A stretch of DNA of 64,000 nucleotides, taken from IMG/VR virus record IMGVR_UViG_3300025120_009955, positions 8,357-72,356 of that record. The stretch is one strand, 5' to 3'. Numbering within the stretch: the first letter of the stretch is position 1; each line of letters starts with the position of its first letter. The notes under the pieces are model-generated. The model was not told the DNA's origin. It saw only the letters and a list, made by a program, of their open reading frames with translations, and did no database searches. The position numbers were made by a program, and so were the translations under genes. The DNA comes from a virus. This document shows positions 49,603 through 61,906 of this stretch, piece by piece.

Positions 49603-50193
49603 ATGCCAAATTTAGTACCAATGGTTTTAGAAAAAACTAGTGATGGTGAGCGTAGTTATGATTTATACTCAAGACTATTAAAAGATCGTATTGTTATACT
49701 AGATACTGATGTTAATGAACACACTGCTAGCTTATTAGTAGCTCAACTGTTATTTCTAGAATCAGAAGACAGCGAAAAAGATATCTTATTTTATGTTAAC
49801 TCACCAGGTGGATCGGTAACAGCAGGTATGTCAATTTATGATACTATGCAATTCGTTAGCCCAGATATTTCAACAATAGTTATGGGGCAGGCTTGTTCAA
49901 TGGGATCATTGTTAGCCCAAGCAGGTGCACCAGGTAAGAGATTAATGTTACCACACGCAAGACATATGATACATCAACCAAGTGGTGGTGCTGGTGGGCA
50001 AGCAACTGATATGCAAATACAGGTTGATGAAATAATGAAAATGAAACAATATCTTACGCAGATATATGTTGATCACAATTCAAAAGATAAAGCATATGAT
50101 ACACTAGCGGCAGATATGGAACGTGATAATTTTATGTCGGCTCAAGAAGCAGTTGACTACGGATTAGTAGATGAAATTATTACTAAAAGATAA
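49603..50193 (+). CDS. clpP: ATP-dependent Clp protease proteolytic subunit
   Basis: [33 protein letters not shown]. Confidence 0.96.
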   Translation: MPNLVPMVLEKTSDGERSYDLYSRLLKDRIVILDTDVNEHTASLLVAQLLFLESEDSEKDILFYVNSPGGSVTAGMSIYDTMQFVSPDISTIVMGQACSMGSLLAQAGAPGKRLMLPHARHMIHQPSGGAGGQATDMQIQVDEIMKMKQYLTQIYVDHNSKDKAYDTLAADMERDNFMSAQEAVDYGLVDEIITKR

Positions 50194-50297
50194 TTGGTTG
50201 ACAGTTTGATAAAAAAACTGTATAATGTAATTTGTAATGGCAACATTACGATAGGGGACTGCGATTTGCAGTATAGATATATTAAAGGGGAAGTAAA

Positions 50298-50687
50298 ATG
50301 TCAGTATTCAAAGTAGTAGGAGTATCTACACTTAACGGTGTAACTAAAGTTCGATTTGCAAACGATTTTGTAAGTCGTGTTAAGATTCTGAACAAGCAAG
50401 GCCATACAGATATTAATTTATTTGAAATGCCAGAAGCACTAACTAAAGCTGAATGTGTTAAGCATTTAAAAACAACTGATCTTTATGAAAGTCATAAAGA
50501 AGCTATTGATAATAGTGATGTAAAGTATAATTACAAATCACTATCACAATATAATAGTACTGTTAAAGTTTCAGCACCAAGTTTAGACGAGTTAAGAGCT
50601 CGTGCAATTGCAGAAACTGAAGATGTTGTTACTGAGCAAGATTTAGTCGACGAAGGATTAACAATAGTCGAAGCTGACAAAGTCTAG
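50298..50687 (+). CDS. hypothetical protein
   Basis: 129 aa, promoter upstream, hairpin downstream. Confidence 0.65.
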   Translation: MSVFKVVGVSTLNGVTKVRFANDFVSRVKILNKQGHTDINLFEMPEALTKAECVKHLKTTDLYESHKEAIDNSDVKYNYKSLSQYNSTVKVSAPSLDELRARAIAETEDVVTEQDLVDEGLTIVEADKV

Positions 50688-50905
50688 TCGCAGGGGGATA
50701 TGCTGAAAGGTCCTGCGGGGCCTTTTTGTATGATAAGTATTAGTATGAGTGACTCTTATACTAAATGGTCAAAAAATAATACCCTAGGATTAGTTCCAAT
50801 TGAACCGACTAAACTTCAATTCGCAACTACACCATGGGAAGGTGAACTTGGGTATAATAATATTGGACAGATACAACAGTACCAAAATGGTAAATGGAGA
50901 TTAAA

Positions 50906-51085
50906 ATGAGATATATAAATTGCTTTACAAAAAGCCCTACAACTAAACAGATAGTGAAACATTCACCTGGACTAGTCGCAGGAATTGCACTAATATTAAT
51001 AATGAACCCATACCTAGCAATTGCAGGTATAGCATTAATTGTCGGTGAATTTGTAGGAATTGCAGACGAATTAGAATTGTTGTAA
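50906..51085 (+). CDS. hypothetical small membrane protein
   Basis: GGAG RBS; hydrophobic; ends just before tmRNA. Confidence 0.5.
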   Translation: MRYINCFTKSPTTKQIVKHSPGLVAGIALILIMNPYLAIAGIALIVGEFVGIADELELL

Positions 51086-51086
51086 T

Positions 51087-51418
51087 CCCTTCGAAGTGAA
51101 GGCGTTGCGGACAGGGGTTCGATTCCCCTCATCTCCACCAAAGTGTTTTTGAAACAGAGTATTTTAGGGGGATGACCAGGTTTCGACGTGGCGAGATAGC
51201 AGAGACGGCAACACGGTAGGCGATGACCGTAAATCAAGCAAAACTTATAGATGCAGAAAAAACATCTAAATTCGAAACTGTAAAAGTAAGTATGGGCAAA
51301 GGCTTCCGCTTTGGCTCTGCTGACCGTGCAGTTGCGTTAGCGTAAAAACTAACATCGACGGGGTAGTTATACCTTGTTACCAAAAATAGCAGAAGCCCAC
51401 TTCGGTGGGTTTCTTTTT
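51087..51418 (+). ncRNA. ssrA: circularly permuted (two-piece) tmRNA
   Basis: T-arm plus CATCTCC-ACCA (ends 51140) precedes GGGGATG (51168) giving G3.U70; tag ORF 51253-51345; terminator 51391-51418; 5' boundary approximate. Confidence 0.88.
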
Positions 51419-51478
51419 GGTTACAAAAAGGTTGTATAAATATTTTGACTAGTGTATAATATATTACAAGTATACTAG

Positions 51479-51526
51479 GTTTCGTGCCTATTATAGGGCG
51501 AAGCAAAAACTTGCTTAATTAAGGAG
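51479..51526 (+). promoter_or_regulatory. ROSE-like two-hairpin RNA thermometer (groES leader)
   Basis: TTCGTGCCTA-TTA-TAGGGCGAA, then CTTGCTT-AATT-AAGGAG; TATAAATA at 51435-51442. Confidence 0.65.
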
Positions 51527-51528
51527 AA

Positions 51529-53477
<1,949 letters not shown>

Positions 53478-53506
53478 ACAAATGCCTTGGCAAGGTAACA
53501 TTTAAA

Positions 53507-53533
53507 AGAGCACCTTAAGGGTGCTTTTTTTTT
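53507..53533 (+). terminator. rho-independent terminator after groEL
   Basis: AGCACC stem / GGTGCT followed by a long T run. Confidence 0.8.
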
Positions 53534-53637
53534 ATGGTCGTAAATGTTTTTTCCAGATTCGATAAATATTGTAAACAATAAAAGAGAGCACAAGGCATTC
53601 TTTTTGTTATAATAAATTTTATGGGGAATATGGAACC

Positions 53638-54540
53638 ATGGCAAATCAGAATTTCGTAGTGCATAATGGACTTTCAGTAGGGCCATTAACAATTGATGCT
53701 TCGACAGGAAGTATTGACACACCAGGTGCAATATCGATTGGCGGTAACATTGGTGTTAGTGCAATCTTTAAAGGTGACTCAAGTATTAGTATTGATGATA
53801 CTGGTAGTGGTAGTTTTATAGCTACTACACTTGATGGCACAGTTAGACAAATACAAAATGCAACAGTAGCAACTTTCACAAGTAACGTAATGTCCAGTGG
53901 TAATGTAACAGCACCATATTACTTTGGTAATGGTAGTCAATTGATTGGAGTTACATCAGGATCAATCTTTACTGGTAATGTTATGGGTGGGCTGGCTCAG
54001 TTTGCTTCAATTAACGGAACGTTAATTGGTAATGCGACTCCGGTTGCTGGTGCATTTACAACAGTAACAGCGTCAAGTGTTACTAAATCAGGTACAAGTA
54101 ACGTTGGTAATATTGGACAAACAGATAATAGATATCACACTCTTCACGCTAAAGCGTCATCAGCACAATACGCTGATTTGGCCGAAGTTTATGAATCAGA
54201 TGCCTCATATGAAGCAGGTACAGTTGTACACTTTGGTGGGGAAAAAGAAGTATCACAATGTGATATAGATCATTGTAGAAAAGTTGCTGGCGTTGTTTCA
54301 ACAAATCCAGCATATTTAATGAATGGTGGTTTTACTGCTGAAAATATTGCTGTTGTAGCACTTACAGGACGTGTTCCAACTAAGGTAACAGGAACAGTTG
54401 CTAAAGGTGATATGATGGTATCCGATGGAACTGGTAGAGCAAGAGCAGAAGCAGATCCAAAAGTAGGTGCAGTAATTGGTAAAGCACTTGAAGCATCAGA
54501 AGGCGATGCAGTAATTGAAGTCGTAGTAGGTAAGCACTAA
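53638..54540 (+). CDS. virion/tail-fibre-like protein with C-terminal ADLAE domain
   Basis: SAQYADLAE.Y, GVVSTNPA, ALTGRVPTKV, IGKALE. Confidence 0.7.
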   Translation: MANQNFVVHNGLSVGPLTIDASTGSIDTPGAISIGGNIGVSAIFKGDSSISIDDTGSGSFIATTLDGTVRQIQNATVATFTSNVMSSGNVTAPYYFGNGSQLIGVTSGSIFTGNVMGGLAQFASINGTLIGNATPVAGAFTTVTASSVTKSGTSNVGNIGQTDNRYHTLHAKASSAQYADLAEVYESDASYEAGTVVHFGGEKEVSQCDIDHCRKVAGVVSTNPAYLMNGGFTAENIAVVALTGRVPTKVTGTVAKGDMMVSDGTGRARAEADPKVGAVIGKALEASEGDAVIEVVVGKH

Positions 54541-54561
54541 AAGAACAGGAATGGAAAGGCT

Positions 54562-54590
54562 AAAATAGGATCTTCGGATCCTATTTTTTT
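54562..54590 (+). terminator. rho-independent terminator
   Basis: AAAATAGGATC-TTCG-GATCCTATTTTTTT. Confidence 0.8.
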
Positions 54591-54648
54591 GGATAAAATA
54601 TTATTCTCTTTGCAGATAAATACTACTAAATTATAAAACGAGAAAAAA

Positions 54649-56397
54649 ATGCCATTAACCAGGCCTACCGTCGAGAACGTTAATACAACCATTACTGAGT
54701 TAACTGATCCAGTTTCAGTGCTGAATAAAGATGGTGTTTCAGCGAGACAAGATGTTGGATTTGTTATTAATCGCGATGGCGGTGGTACTGCTAATGTTGC
54801 TATATATTGGGATGAAACTAACGATCGTTTCAATCTCGTAAACACAACTAGTTCAGGTGCTACTAACTCTAATGTTGCAATTAGCTCATATGCTAATTTA
54901 AATATACATACCCTGGATGCACTCGGATCCGTTGATACTGCAAAAGTTAACATCACTAATACATCATTAGATGATAGTATACGAATTACTACAACAGAAG
55001 CTTCAAGCACTGCGGGTCCTGTGGTTTCACTGAAGCGTAATAGTGCATCACCATCTGACTCAGACTACATTGGACAGTTAAAATTTATTGGCGAAAATGA
55101 TGCAGATCAATCTATTGTATATGCTAAAATGACTGCAAAGATATTAGATGCAAGTGATGGTACAGAAGATGGTATACTAGAATTTGCCTTTATGAAAGCT
55201 GGCTCGCAAAATATTTCTGCAAGATTTAGATCTGATTCTTTACAGTTAATAAATGGTACTTCACTAACAGTAAATGGTTTAATAAGTACTGATTCAACAA
55301 TAACAGCGACATCAGATATTGAAACAACTGGCGGAGATGTTAATATTAAAGCTAGAGGAGAAACTAGATTTTATGACTCAGACAGTTCAAACTATGTAGC
55401 ATTAAGAGCAGGATCTACAGTAGCAAGTGATGTAACATTTACGTTACCAACAGAAGATGGAGATGCTGACCAAGTCTTAAGTACAGATGGTTCCGGAACA
55501 TTATCTTTTGTTGCACCGGGTGGCTCTTCTGCATATGGTAATACTCAAGTAGGAACATTTCTTGAAACATACAATGGTGTGTTACTAGCAGTAACGACTG
55601 CCAACATTGGTCAGATAGGTTATACTGACAACAAAGTTACAACTGCTAATATTGGGCAAATAGGGTACACAGATAACAAAGTTACAACAGCTAATATCGG
55701 GCAAATAGGGTACACAGATAACAAAGTTACAACAGCTAATATTGGGCAAATAGGATTTACTAATGAAACAGTAACACAAGCCAATGTAGGATTAAAGGGT
55801 TATACAGATTCACAGTTGGGTAGCAAGGCACCTCTAGCAAGTCCATCGTTTACTACTAAGATCACTACACCTGATATTGATAAGTCAGGCACAAACGGTT
55901 CTGGTGACATTGGACAAACAGATAATAGATTTGGCACTATCTATGGTTTAGCGACGTCAGCACAATACGCTGATTTGGCAGAAGCATACGTAGCAGATGC
56001 CTCATACGAACCAGGAACTGTTTTAGCATTTGGTGGAGAAAACGAAGTTACTTTAGCTAACGCAAATGATACTCGAATAGCAGGAGTAGTATCAACATCA
56101 CCAGCATTTACAATGAATGATAGTTTACAAGCAGAAAACGTGGCCATGATAGCACTTACAGGAAGAGTACCAACTAAAGTTGTTGGACCAATAAGTAAAG
56201 GTGATATGATAGTATGCGGGTTTGACCCAATCTGGAAGTATCATATAGACACCGCCGGATACAACGGAGTAGGTAAGGCGATGAAAGACTATATCCCTGG
56301 TAGTGTAATAGGAAAATCATTAGAAGAAGTAGCTGATCCCGGTGACACAGAAACACCGCCAATTCACATTATTGAAGTAGTAGTAGGACGCCTCTAA
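54649..56397 (+). CDS. tail-fibre-like protein with internal repeats and C-terminal ADLAE domain
   Basis: TFTLPTEDG..QVLSTDGSGTLSF motif; C-terminus paralogous to 53638..54540. Confidence 0.72.
   Translation: MPLTRPTVENVNTTITELTDPVSVLNKDGVSARQDVGFVINRDGGGTANVAIYWDETNDRFNLVNTTSSGATNSNVAISSYANLNIHTLDALGSVDTAKVNITNTSLDDSIRITTTEASSTAGPVVSLKRNSASPSDSDYIGQLKFIGENDADQSIVYAKMTAKILDASDGTEDGILEFAFMKAGSQNISARFRSDSLQLINGTSLTVNGLISTDSTITATSDIETTGGDVNIKARGETRFYDSDSSNYVALRAGSTVASDVTFTLPTEDGDADQVLSTDGSGTLSFVAPGGSSAYGNTQVGTFLETYNGVLLAVTTANIGQIGYTDNKVTTANIGQIGYTDNKVTTANIGQIGYTDNKVTTANIGQIGFTNETVTQANVGLKGYTDSQLGSKAPLASPSFTTKITTPDIDKSGTNGSGDIGQTDNRFGTIYGLATSAQYADLAEAYVADASYEPGTVLAFGGENEVTLANANDTRIAGVVSTSPAFTMNDSLQAENVAMIALTGRVPTKVVGPISKGDMIVCGFDPIWKYHIDTAGYNGVGKAMKDYIPGSVIGKSLEEVADPGDTETPPIHIIEVVVGRL
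55591..55810 (+). repeat. 45-bp in-frame tandem repeat (about 4.8 copies)
   Basis: encodes VTTANIGQIGYTDNK three times plus two degenerate copies. Confidence 0.9.
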
Positions 56398-56459
56398 AAA
56401 CGGTTGACTTCTTAACCAAATCACTGTATAATATACTTAAAAATTAAGAAAGGTATATT

Positions 56460-56837
56460 TTGGATACAGTAATCGTAGAAACTAGACACAAACAACATTA
56501 CTACAAAAGCACAGAGCCTTTTGTATATAATACCATTATCGGTGAGATACTTACAGACAAACATTGGTTACAGCCTAATGAAATTGCAGTATCTAATCCA
56601 AACCATCCAAACGGTTTTTCAGTAATTGCAGAAAAAAATATAGTAAAAATTACAAATGCCGAAGGTATTAAAGTAACTATACCAAAAAAACAAGCAGATA
56701 AAGAGTGGAAAGTCACTGGTTCAAAAGGTGATATCTATCTTGTAAAAAGAACCAATGGTCATTATACTTGTCAATGTCCAGGATTCCAATACCGAGGTAA
56801 ATGTCGTCATATCACGGAGTGTGCTGAAAATGACTAA
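56460..56837 (+). CDS. SWIM zinc-finger protein
   Basis: GSKG..Y.V...CQCPGFQYRGKCRHI; promoter TTGACT-17-TATAAT upstream. Confidence 0.8.
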   Translation: MDTVIVETRHKQHYYKSTEPFVYNTIIGEILTDKHWLQPNEIAVSNPNHPNGFSVIAEKNIVKITNAEGIKVTIPKKQADKEWKVTGSKGDIYLVKRTNGHYTCQCPGFQYRGKCRHITECAEND

Positions 56838-58149
56838 ACCACAACATATTATTATATCACTTGAAGCAGATAACAGTCGCCTTGCTAAAGAAGCAATTAT
56901 TAAGAAGGAGGCTGAAGAAAACAATATAGAGTTCTTTAACGGAGTCCGTCTAGCCCTTGATCCCCTAATTACATTTGGAATTAAGAAGGTAGCAGAACAA
57001 CAAGGTCCTGGTGGACCTGGGTTAGATTGGACCACTTTTAAACTAGCAGTCGATGGTTTTACTTCTAGAGAAGTAACAGGAAAATTAGCACAATATGTTC
57101 TACAAGAGCTCATGACATCGGCTACACAGGAGCAATGGAACCATTGGTATCGTAGGATATTAATTAAAGATCTACGTTGTGGCACTAGTGAAAAAACTAT
57201 CAATACCAGTGTTAAGAAAACACGTCCAGAGTTTATAATACCAACATTTACTTGCCAATTGGCACACGATTCAGCTAATCACGAAAAGAAAGTAACAGGA
57301 AAAAAACAACTAGAAGTTAAGCTAGATGGTGTTAGGGTAATTGTTATTGCTCGTAAAAACGGTCAAGTTGAAACATTTAGTCGTAATGGTAAACAGTTTC
57401 ATAACTTTGAACATATCTGTAATGAGATATCTACTGTAGTTAAACAACACGGTATAGCTAACGATATGGTCTATGATGGAGAAGTAATGTCAAGCTCATT
57501 CCAAGACCTAATGAAACAGGTACACCGTAAAGACGGAAAATCAGCAACAGATGCTGTACTACACCTGTTCGATATGATGACGTTAGATGAATTTCAATCA
57601 GGTGCAAGTATTGTTCCGCAATATGTTCGTTCAGGGCTAATGAAAGATTTTGTTGATAATAATCATATGATACTAGAGCACGTTCAAGCACTTGATTGGA
57701 TTGATGTTGATCTAGACACTGATGAAGGTCAACAGAAATTTAAAGAAGTAAACAAACAGGCAATAGACGGTGGCTATGAGGGTGTTATGATTAAAGATCC
57801 TAAAGCAGGATATGAATGTAAGCGTAGTCATAGTTGGTTAAAAATGAAACCGTTTATTGAAGTTACACTAGAAGTAGTAGACGTAGAAGAGGGGACTGGC
57901 CGTAACGCTGGTCGATTAGGTGCACTTATTTGTAAAGGAGAAGATGATGGACTTATTATTAGCGTTAATTGCGGCAGTGGCTTTACTGATAGCGATCGGG
58001 ATAATTTCTGGATTGATAGGACAGAGCTCATTGGCAGACTGGTGGAGGTCAGAGCAGACGCAGTCACGCAAAACCAAGACCAAACGTACTCGCTAAGGTT
58101 TCCTAGATTTAAAGGATTCCGTGGCTTTGAACCAGGTGAAAAGTTATAA
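56830..58149 (+). CDS. ATP-dependent DNA ligase
   Basis: KLDGVR, SRNG, YDGEV, EGVMIKD, WLKMKP, SLRFPRF. Confidence 0.95.
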   Translation: MTKPQHIIISLEADNSRLAKEAIIKKEAEENNIEFFNGVRLALDPLITFGIKKVAEQQGPGGPGLDWTTFKLAVDGFTSREVTGKLAQYVLQELMTSATQEQWNHWYRRILIKDLRCGTSEKTINTSVKKTRPEFIIPTFTCQLAHDSANHEKKVTGKKQLEVKLDGVRVIVIARKNGQVETFSRNGKQFHNFEHICNEISTVVKQHGIANDMVYDGEVMSSSFQDLMKQVHRKDGKSATDAVLHLFDMMTLDEFQSGASIVPQYVRSGLMKDFVDNNHMILEHVQALDWIDVDLDTDEGQQKFKEVNKQAIDGGYEGVMIKDPKAGYECKRSHSWLKMKPFIEVTLEVVDVEEGTGRNAGRLGALICKGEDDGLIISVNCGSGFTDSDRDNFWIDRTELIGRLVEVRADAVTQNQDQTYSLRFPRFKGFRGFEPGEKL

Positions 58150-58163
58150 TACAAGAATTTTTA

Positions 58164-58364
58164 ATGGAACTAATCACAGTTGCTCGTGCTAGTGAAATGC
58201 CTGAGTATACTGAATATTGGATATGGCTAGGATTTGTTATAGGAAATTTTGTAACGTTTATTCCTACTTTTAGATGGCCTGAAGTTCCTAAAGAAACAGG
58301 TGAAGAATGGTATGCGAGAATGTGCAAACAAAGAGATGAACAAAAATGGTGGAGTTGGTCATGA
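58164..58364 (+). CDS. hypothetical membrane protein
   Basis: 66 aa with one TM segment. Confidence 0.45.
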   Translation: MELITVARASEMPEYTEYWIWLGFVIGNFVTFIPTFRWPEVPKETGEEWYARMCKQRDEQKWWSWS

Positions 58365-58388
58365 GTATACCACAAAAGCCTAAACCTT

Positions 58389-58685
58389 ATGGACAAAAAA
58401 GAAAAAAAAGGAAAGATAATGATCCACGAACTTAAAGAGCTGTCACAAAAAGAAGTTATGCTAATGATCGAGGGGGCTCTCGAGGTCATAGTTAAGAATG
58501 AAGATTATTTTTATCAAAGCGGAGTAGACAAGAAGTTTAGCAAATTAACACCAATGGGACTAGAGATGGTAGGTAAATCAATGACTGCTTTATTACCTTT
58601 GCTAGCTGTTGCACACGAACAAGATTTAATAGAAAAAGCAAAAAAAATAACATTTGATACACTATCTAAGGAGGATGTACAATGA
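58389..58685 (+). CDS. hypothetical protein
   Basis: ORF coupled to next gene (ATGA). Confidence 0.55.
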   Translation: MDKKEKKGKIMIHELKELSQKEVMLMIEGALEVIVKNEDYFYQSGVDKKFSKLTPMGLEMVGKSMTALLPLLAVAHEQDLIEKAKKITFDTLSKEDVQ

Positions 58686-58984
58686 TATATGAATTAGTAT
58701 TAATAACAGCAGTTGGATTAAGTAATCCGTTAGTAACATTTGATAATCGAGAGCAATGTATATTTGAGGCCGCACAGATCAAACAACAAGATCGTCAAAT
58801 TAAAGCTATCTGTGTACCAGCAGAAAGAGTTAGTATGGAAGAACAAAATATGAAAGCTCAAATAGGAGCTCAAAATATGATAGATATGTTCTTAGATATG
58901 AAAGAACAGATGATGGAGAGAAATAGAGACCTAGAAGAGGAATATCAAGCGTGGGATCGAAACGGAAATAGGATCGAGTACTAA
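58682..58984 (+). CDS. hypothetical protein
   Basis: AGGAGG RBS; F...EQC...AICVP motif. Confidence 0.6.
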   Translation: MIYELVLITAVGLSNPLVTFDNREQCIFEAAQIKQQDRQIKAICVPAERVSMEEQNMKAQIGAQNMIDMFLDMKEQMMERNRDLEEEYQAWDRNGNRIEY

Positions 58985-59099
58985 ATTTTGGTAAAATAAT
59001 AGCTTGCTTATTTTTTAAACAGGTTGTATAATGTAATGATGCTGATGGGTTGTCAGCACTTAGTTTTTATTTTATAAAATAATATTTGGAGAATTACAA

Positions 59100-59369
59100 A
59101 TGGCTAAAACAGCTAAAAGAACTACTAACTTAAACAAAGTTAAGAACCAAAAAGCATTCTTAGAATCATATCTACGTGGTACTGGTCGTACAATTTCTGC
59201 GGCACAGGCTAAAGCAAACTATGGTATTGCACAATTACCAGCTAGAATGTTTGAACTTAAAAAAGCAGGTATGGTAGTTAAAACTGTAACTAACACATCA
59301 GGTAATACAGCATATAAAGTTGTTGCACGTGATGTAACTGGTTCTAGAGCTACAATTTTTGCTGTTTAA
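59100..59369 (+). CDS. winged helix-turn-helix DNA-binding protein
   Basis: ISAAQAKANYGIAQLPARMFELKKAG; basic; own promoter and terminator. Confidence 0.7.
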   Translation: MAKTAKRTTNLNKVKNQKAFLESYLRGTGRTISAAQAKANYGIAQLPARMFELKKAGMVVKTVTNTSGNTAYKVVARDVTGSRATIFAV

Positions 59370-59392
59370 TTTTTAAATTACAGTAATAAAAT

Positions 59393-59417
59393 AAAAAGCA
59401 CCTTCGGGTGCTTTTTT
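59393..59417 (+). terminator. rho-independent terminator
   Basis: AAAAAGCACC-TTCG-GGTGCTTTTTT. Confidence 0.85.
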
Positions 59418-59430
59418 ATTAAATAATACT

Positions 59431-59976
59431 ATGACAACATTCTTTACAGCAGATACACACTTTGGCGATCAAAAAGCACTTGAGTATACCTTCGAGGGAG
59501 TTAACCCTAGGGCAAGGTGGACTACACTACAAGAACAAGAAAATGATATCTGTGACCTTTGGAATAAAACTGTAGGACCAGACGATGTTGTGTATCATAT
59601 TGGTGATGTTTATAATGTTCAAGAACCAACTAGCAGTAACATTGTTGAACAATTAAATGGACATAAAATACTAATTAGGGGCAACTTGGACACCGATTCT
59701 AAAGAGAACTACCTAAGATACTTTGATGAAGTACATAACAAACGCCACGTGGTTGATAATATGCTGTTAACACATTATTACACCACACACGAGCAGATTA
59801 AAAAATACGACTGCACCATAAACATACACGGTCACTTGCACGCCGATTGTGTGCAAGATCCTAGATATTTTAATGTTAGTCTCGAGAGAACTGACTTTAT
59901 TCCAATTAGCCTAGAAGATCTTAAGGTACAGGTCAAAGAGAATCAATTAAAATATATCAAGAACATTAAATTTTAA
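59431..59976 (+). CDS. calcineurin-like metallophosphoesterase
   Basis: DTHFG, HIGD, RGN, HGHLH. Confidence 0.85.
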   Translation: MTTFFTADTHFGDQKALEYTFEGVNPRARWTTLQEQENDICDLWNKTVGPDDVVYHIGDVYNVQEPTSSNIVEQLNGHKILIRGNLDTDSKENYLRYFDEVHNKRHVVDNMLLTHYYTTHEQIKKYDCTINIHGHLHADCVQDPRYFNVSLERTDFIPISLEDLKVQVKENQLKYIKNIKF

Positions 59977-59979
59977 GAC

Positions 59980-60007
59980 AAAAAAAGCACTCCGAAGAGT
60001 GCTTTTT
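59980..60007. terminator. bidirectional terminator between convergent genes
   Basis: reverse complement of the pqqA terminator sequence. Confidence 0.8.
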
Positions 60008-60023
60008 ACATTCAACTAGTAAA

Positions 60024-60629
60024 CTAACTAAGATCAAACATTTCAACATTTGAAAAAGCACTAATGTTCTGCCAGGTTGAACCATCATCAGTAGAAACAG
60101 TTTCTACTATTGTTTGACTGTTATTAGTTAACCACGTAGCTAGATCCGCTTTATCGGTTGTAGCTGTTGCCCATTTACCTTTTCTATACTGTGCCCAAGT
60201 TTCCAAATTTGCTTGTGTGTTAAACGTAACTAGTACAGTATGTGTTAGTGATGTTGCATTATATCCAAACCAACCATATCTAGTATCGCCTGGTTGTCCA
60301 CCTGATTGCGTTGTTGGTGTAAGAGTAACATAATCAAGTCTGGTTGCTAATGTTGCCCACGGAAGATCTGGTTGCCCGTTATCCTCAACTAGTTGTTCGC
60401 AATATGCCTGACAAGCCGCATCAGTACCGGCATCGTGTTCCTCGTAGTCCCATTCTACAAAACCAGTTGCCTGTCCAAATTCGTACCAATTTTCCATTGG
60501 TATTTGTAAAGGAGTATATTGGTCATTGTCTGCCGCATAGTCACTTCTTAGTGAATCATAAAAATGTGAGAATGGGAACTGATCATCTGTACTATCTCTG
60601 GTAAATTTTACTTTATATATAATTGCCAT
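60024..60629 (-). CDS. hypothetical protein
   Basis: 201-aa ORF with upstream ATAAATA late-promoter-like motif. Confidence 0.6.
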   Translation of the reverse strand: MAIIYKVKFTRDSTDDQFPFSHFYDSLRSDYAADNDQYTPLQIPMENWYEFGQATGFVEWDYEEHDAGTDAACQAYCEQLVEDNGQPDLPWATLATRLDYVTLTPTTQSGGQPGDTRYGWFGYNATSLTHTVLVTFNTQANLETWAQYRKGKWATATTDKADLATWLTNNSQTIVETVSTDDGSTWQNISAFSNVEMFDLS

Positions 60630-60753
60630 CGTGTTTTCCGTATTATAATTTTAAACTAGTTTGTTAGTAATATTTATCAATATATTGAATCGATTGACTT
60701 TTTGGTTATAAGACTGTATAATATATGTATATTTTAATTAAGGACTATCATAT

Positions 60754-61353
60754 ATGATCAAACCTTTAATTTTAGGTACTATGTTAGCTTGGGGTGGGTA
60801 CGAATATGTAACTTATTCAATTGATAAAACAACTGAGCTTGAGTCTCAAGTTGATAAATTACAAGAAACTATAAGCGATCTAAGAGAAAGGAATGATGCT
60901 GGTACACCGCAGGAACTAGTGATGTTTAATGAAAAAACAAAATTCAAATATAATTCGAAAGACGTTGAATGCCTTGCACGTAACATATTCTTTGAAGCTG
61001 GAGTTGAAGGAACAATGGGCAAATATGCAGTGGCTCAAATAACTATAAACCGCTTACAAACAGGATACTGGGGTAATACTATATGTGATGTAGTATACAG
61101 TCCAGAACAGTTTTCTTGGACCGTTAATACAGATCTTAAGACTGTAAAATTAAAATCTAAAAATTGGTATGACAGTCGTCGTGTAGCACAAACAGTATTA
61201 AGACAAGGACTAAGGATTAAAATTCTAAGTAAAGCATTGTTCTATCACGCAGACTATGTGAATCCTGAATGGAAAGACAATGATTATAAAGTTGCAAAGA
61301 TTGGTAGACACATTTTCTATGACAAAGCTAAAGGGACGTGGTGGCAATTATGA
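60754..61353 (+). CDS. cell wall hydrolase (SleB/Hydrolase_2)
   Basis: CLARNIFFEA, AVAQITINR, ICDVVY, QFSW, FYHADYV.P.W, IGRHIFY. Confidence 0.92.
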   Translation: MIKPLILGTMLAWGGYEYVTYSIDKTTELESQVDKLQETISDLRERNDAGTPQELVMFNEKTKFKYNSKDVECLARNIFFEAGVEGTMGKYAVAQITINRLQTGYWGNTICDVVYSPEQFSWTVNTDLKTVKLKSKNWYDSRRVAQTVLRQGLRIKILSKALFYHADYVNPEWKDNDYKVAKIGRHIFYDKAKGTWWQL

Positions 61354-61832
61354 TATCTAGAGAAATTAAACAGTTGTTATTAGTAACTGGATTACTTTTA
61401 CTTAAAATAGCATTACTAATTGCTTTTTTTGTTTGGCTTACAGGGTGTGCAAATACACAATATGCTGAACAAATTAAACGTGATATGGCCAAACCAAAGG
61501 AAGATAAGACAGTGATCGAGGAAACAACAGTATCCAAAGAACAGCGAGAATGGTCAGAGAATAATACCTACTACAAAGAGGTCATGGTATGTACGAAATT
61601 TGAGAAAGAAGTTTCAAAAGATGGTGTAGAGTATGGGCCGGATTGCCGTTTAAAAACGGTTCAAATGTTAAAATCTAGACCGTACGAGATGCCTAAAGAA
61701 TGGATAGATATGTGGTCCGAAGAAGCCGTAGCCAAACGTGAAGAGGCTAAGGCTGAAGAAGAAGAGCAGTATCAGGAGAGAAATAAACAGCTTTCAAATT
61801 GCGATAGTTGGAATATGATGGATTGTTTATGA
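61350..61832 (+). CDS. putative lipoprotein
   Basis: hydrophobic N-terminus with LTGC lipobox. Confidence 0.6.
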   Translation: MISREIKQLLLVTGLLLLKIALLIAFFVWLTGCANTQYAEQIKRDMAKPKEDKTVIEETTVSKEQREWSENNTYYKEVMVCTKFEKEVSKDGVEYGPDCRLKTVQMLKSRPYEMPKEWIDMWSEEAVAKREEAKAEEEEQYQERNKQLSNCDSWNMMDCL

Positions 61833-61906
61833 TTGACAAATGGTAACAAAGAGTCTATAATGTAGTTTAAGTGATGGATTAAGTCACATTTTACGGGGGT
61901 AATAGT

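Noticed and set aside
50827-51506. Two minus-strand ORFs (136 aa and 90 aa)
   Set aside because: Antisense to the tmRNA gene; no protein features.
55591-55810. CRISPR array
   Set aside because: Contiguous in-frame coding repeats with no unique spacers and no cas genes.
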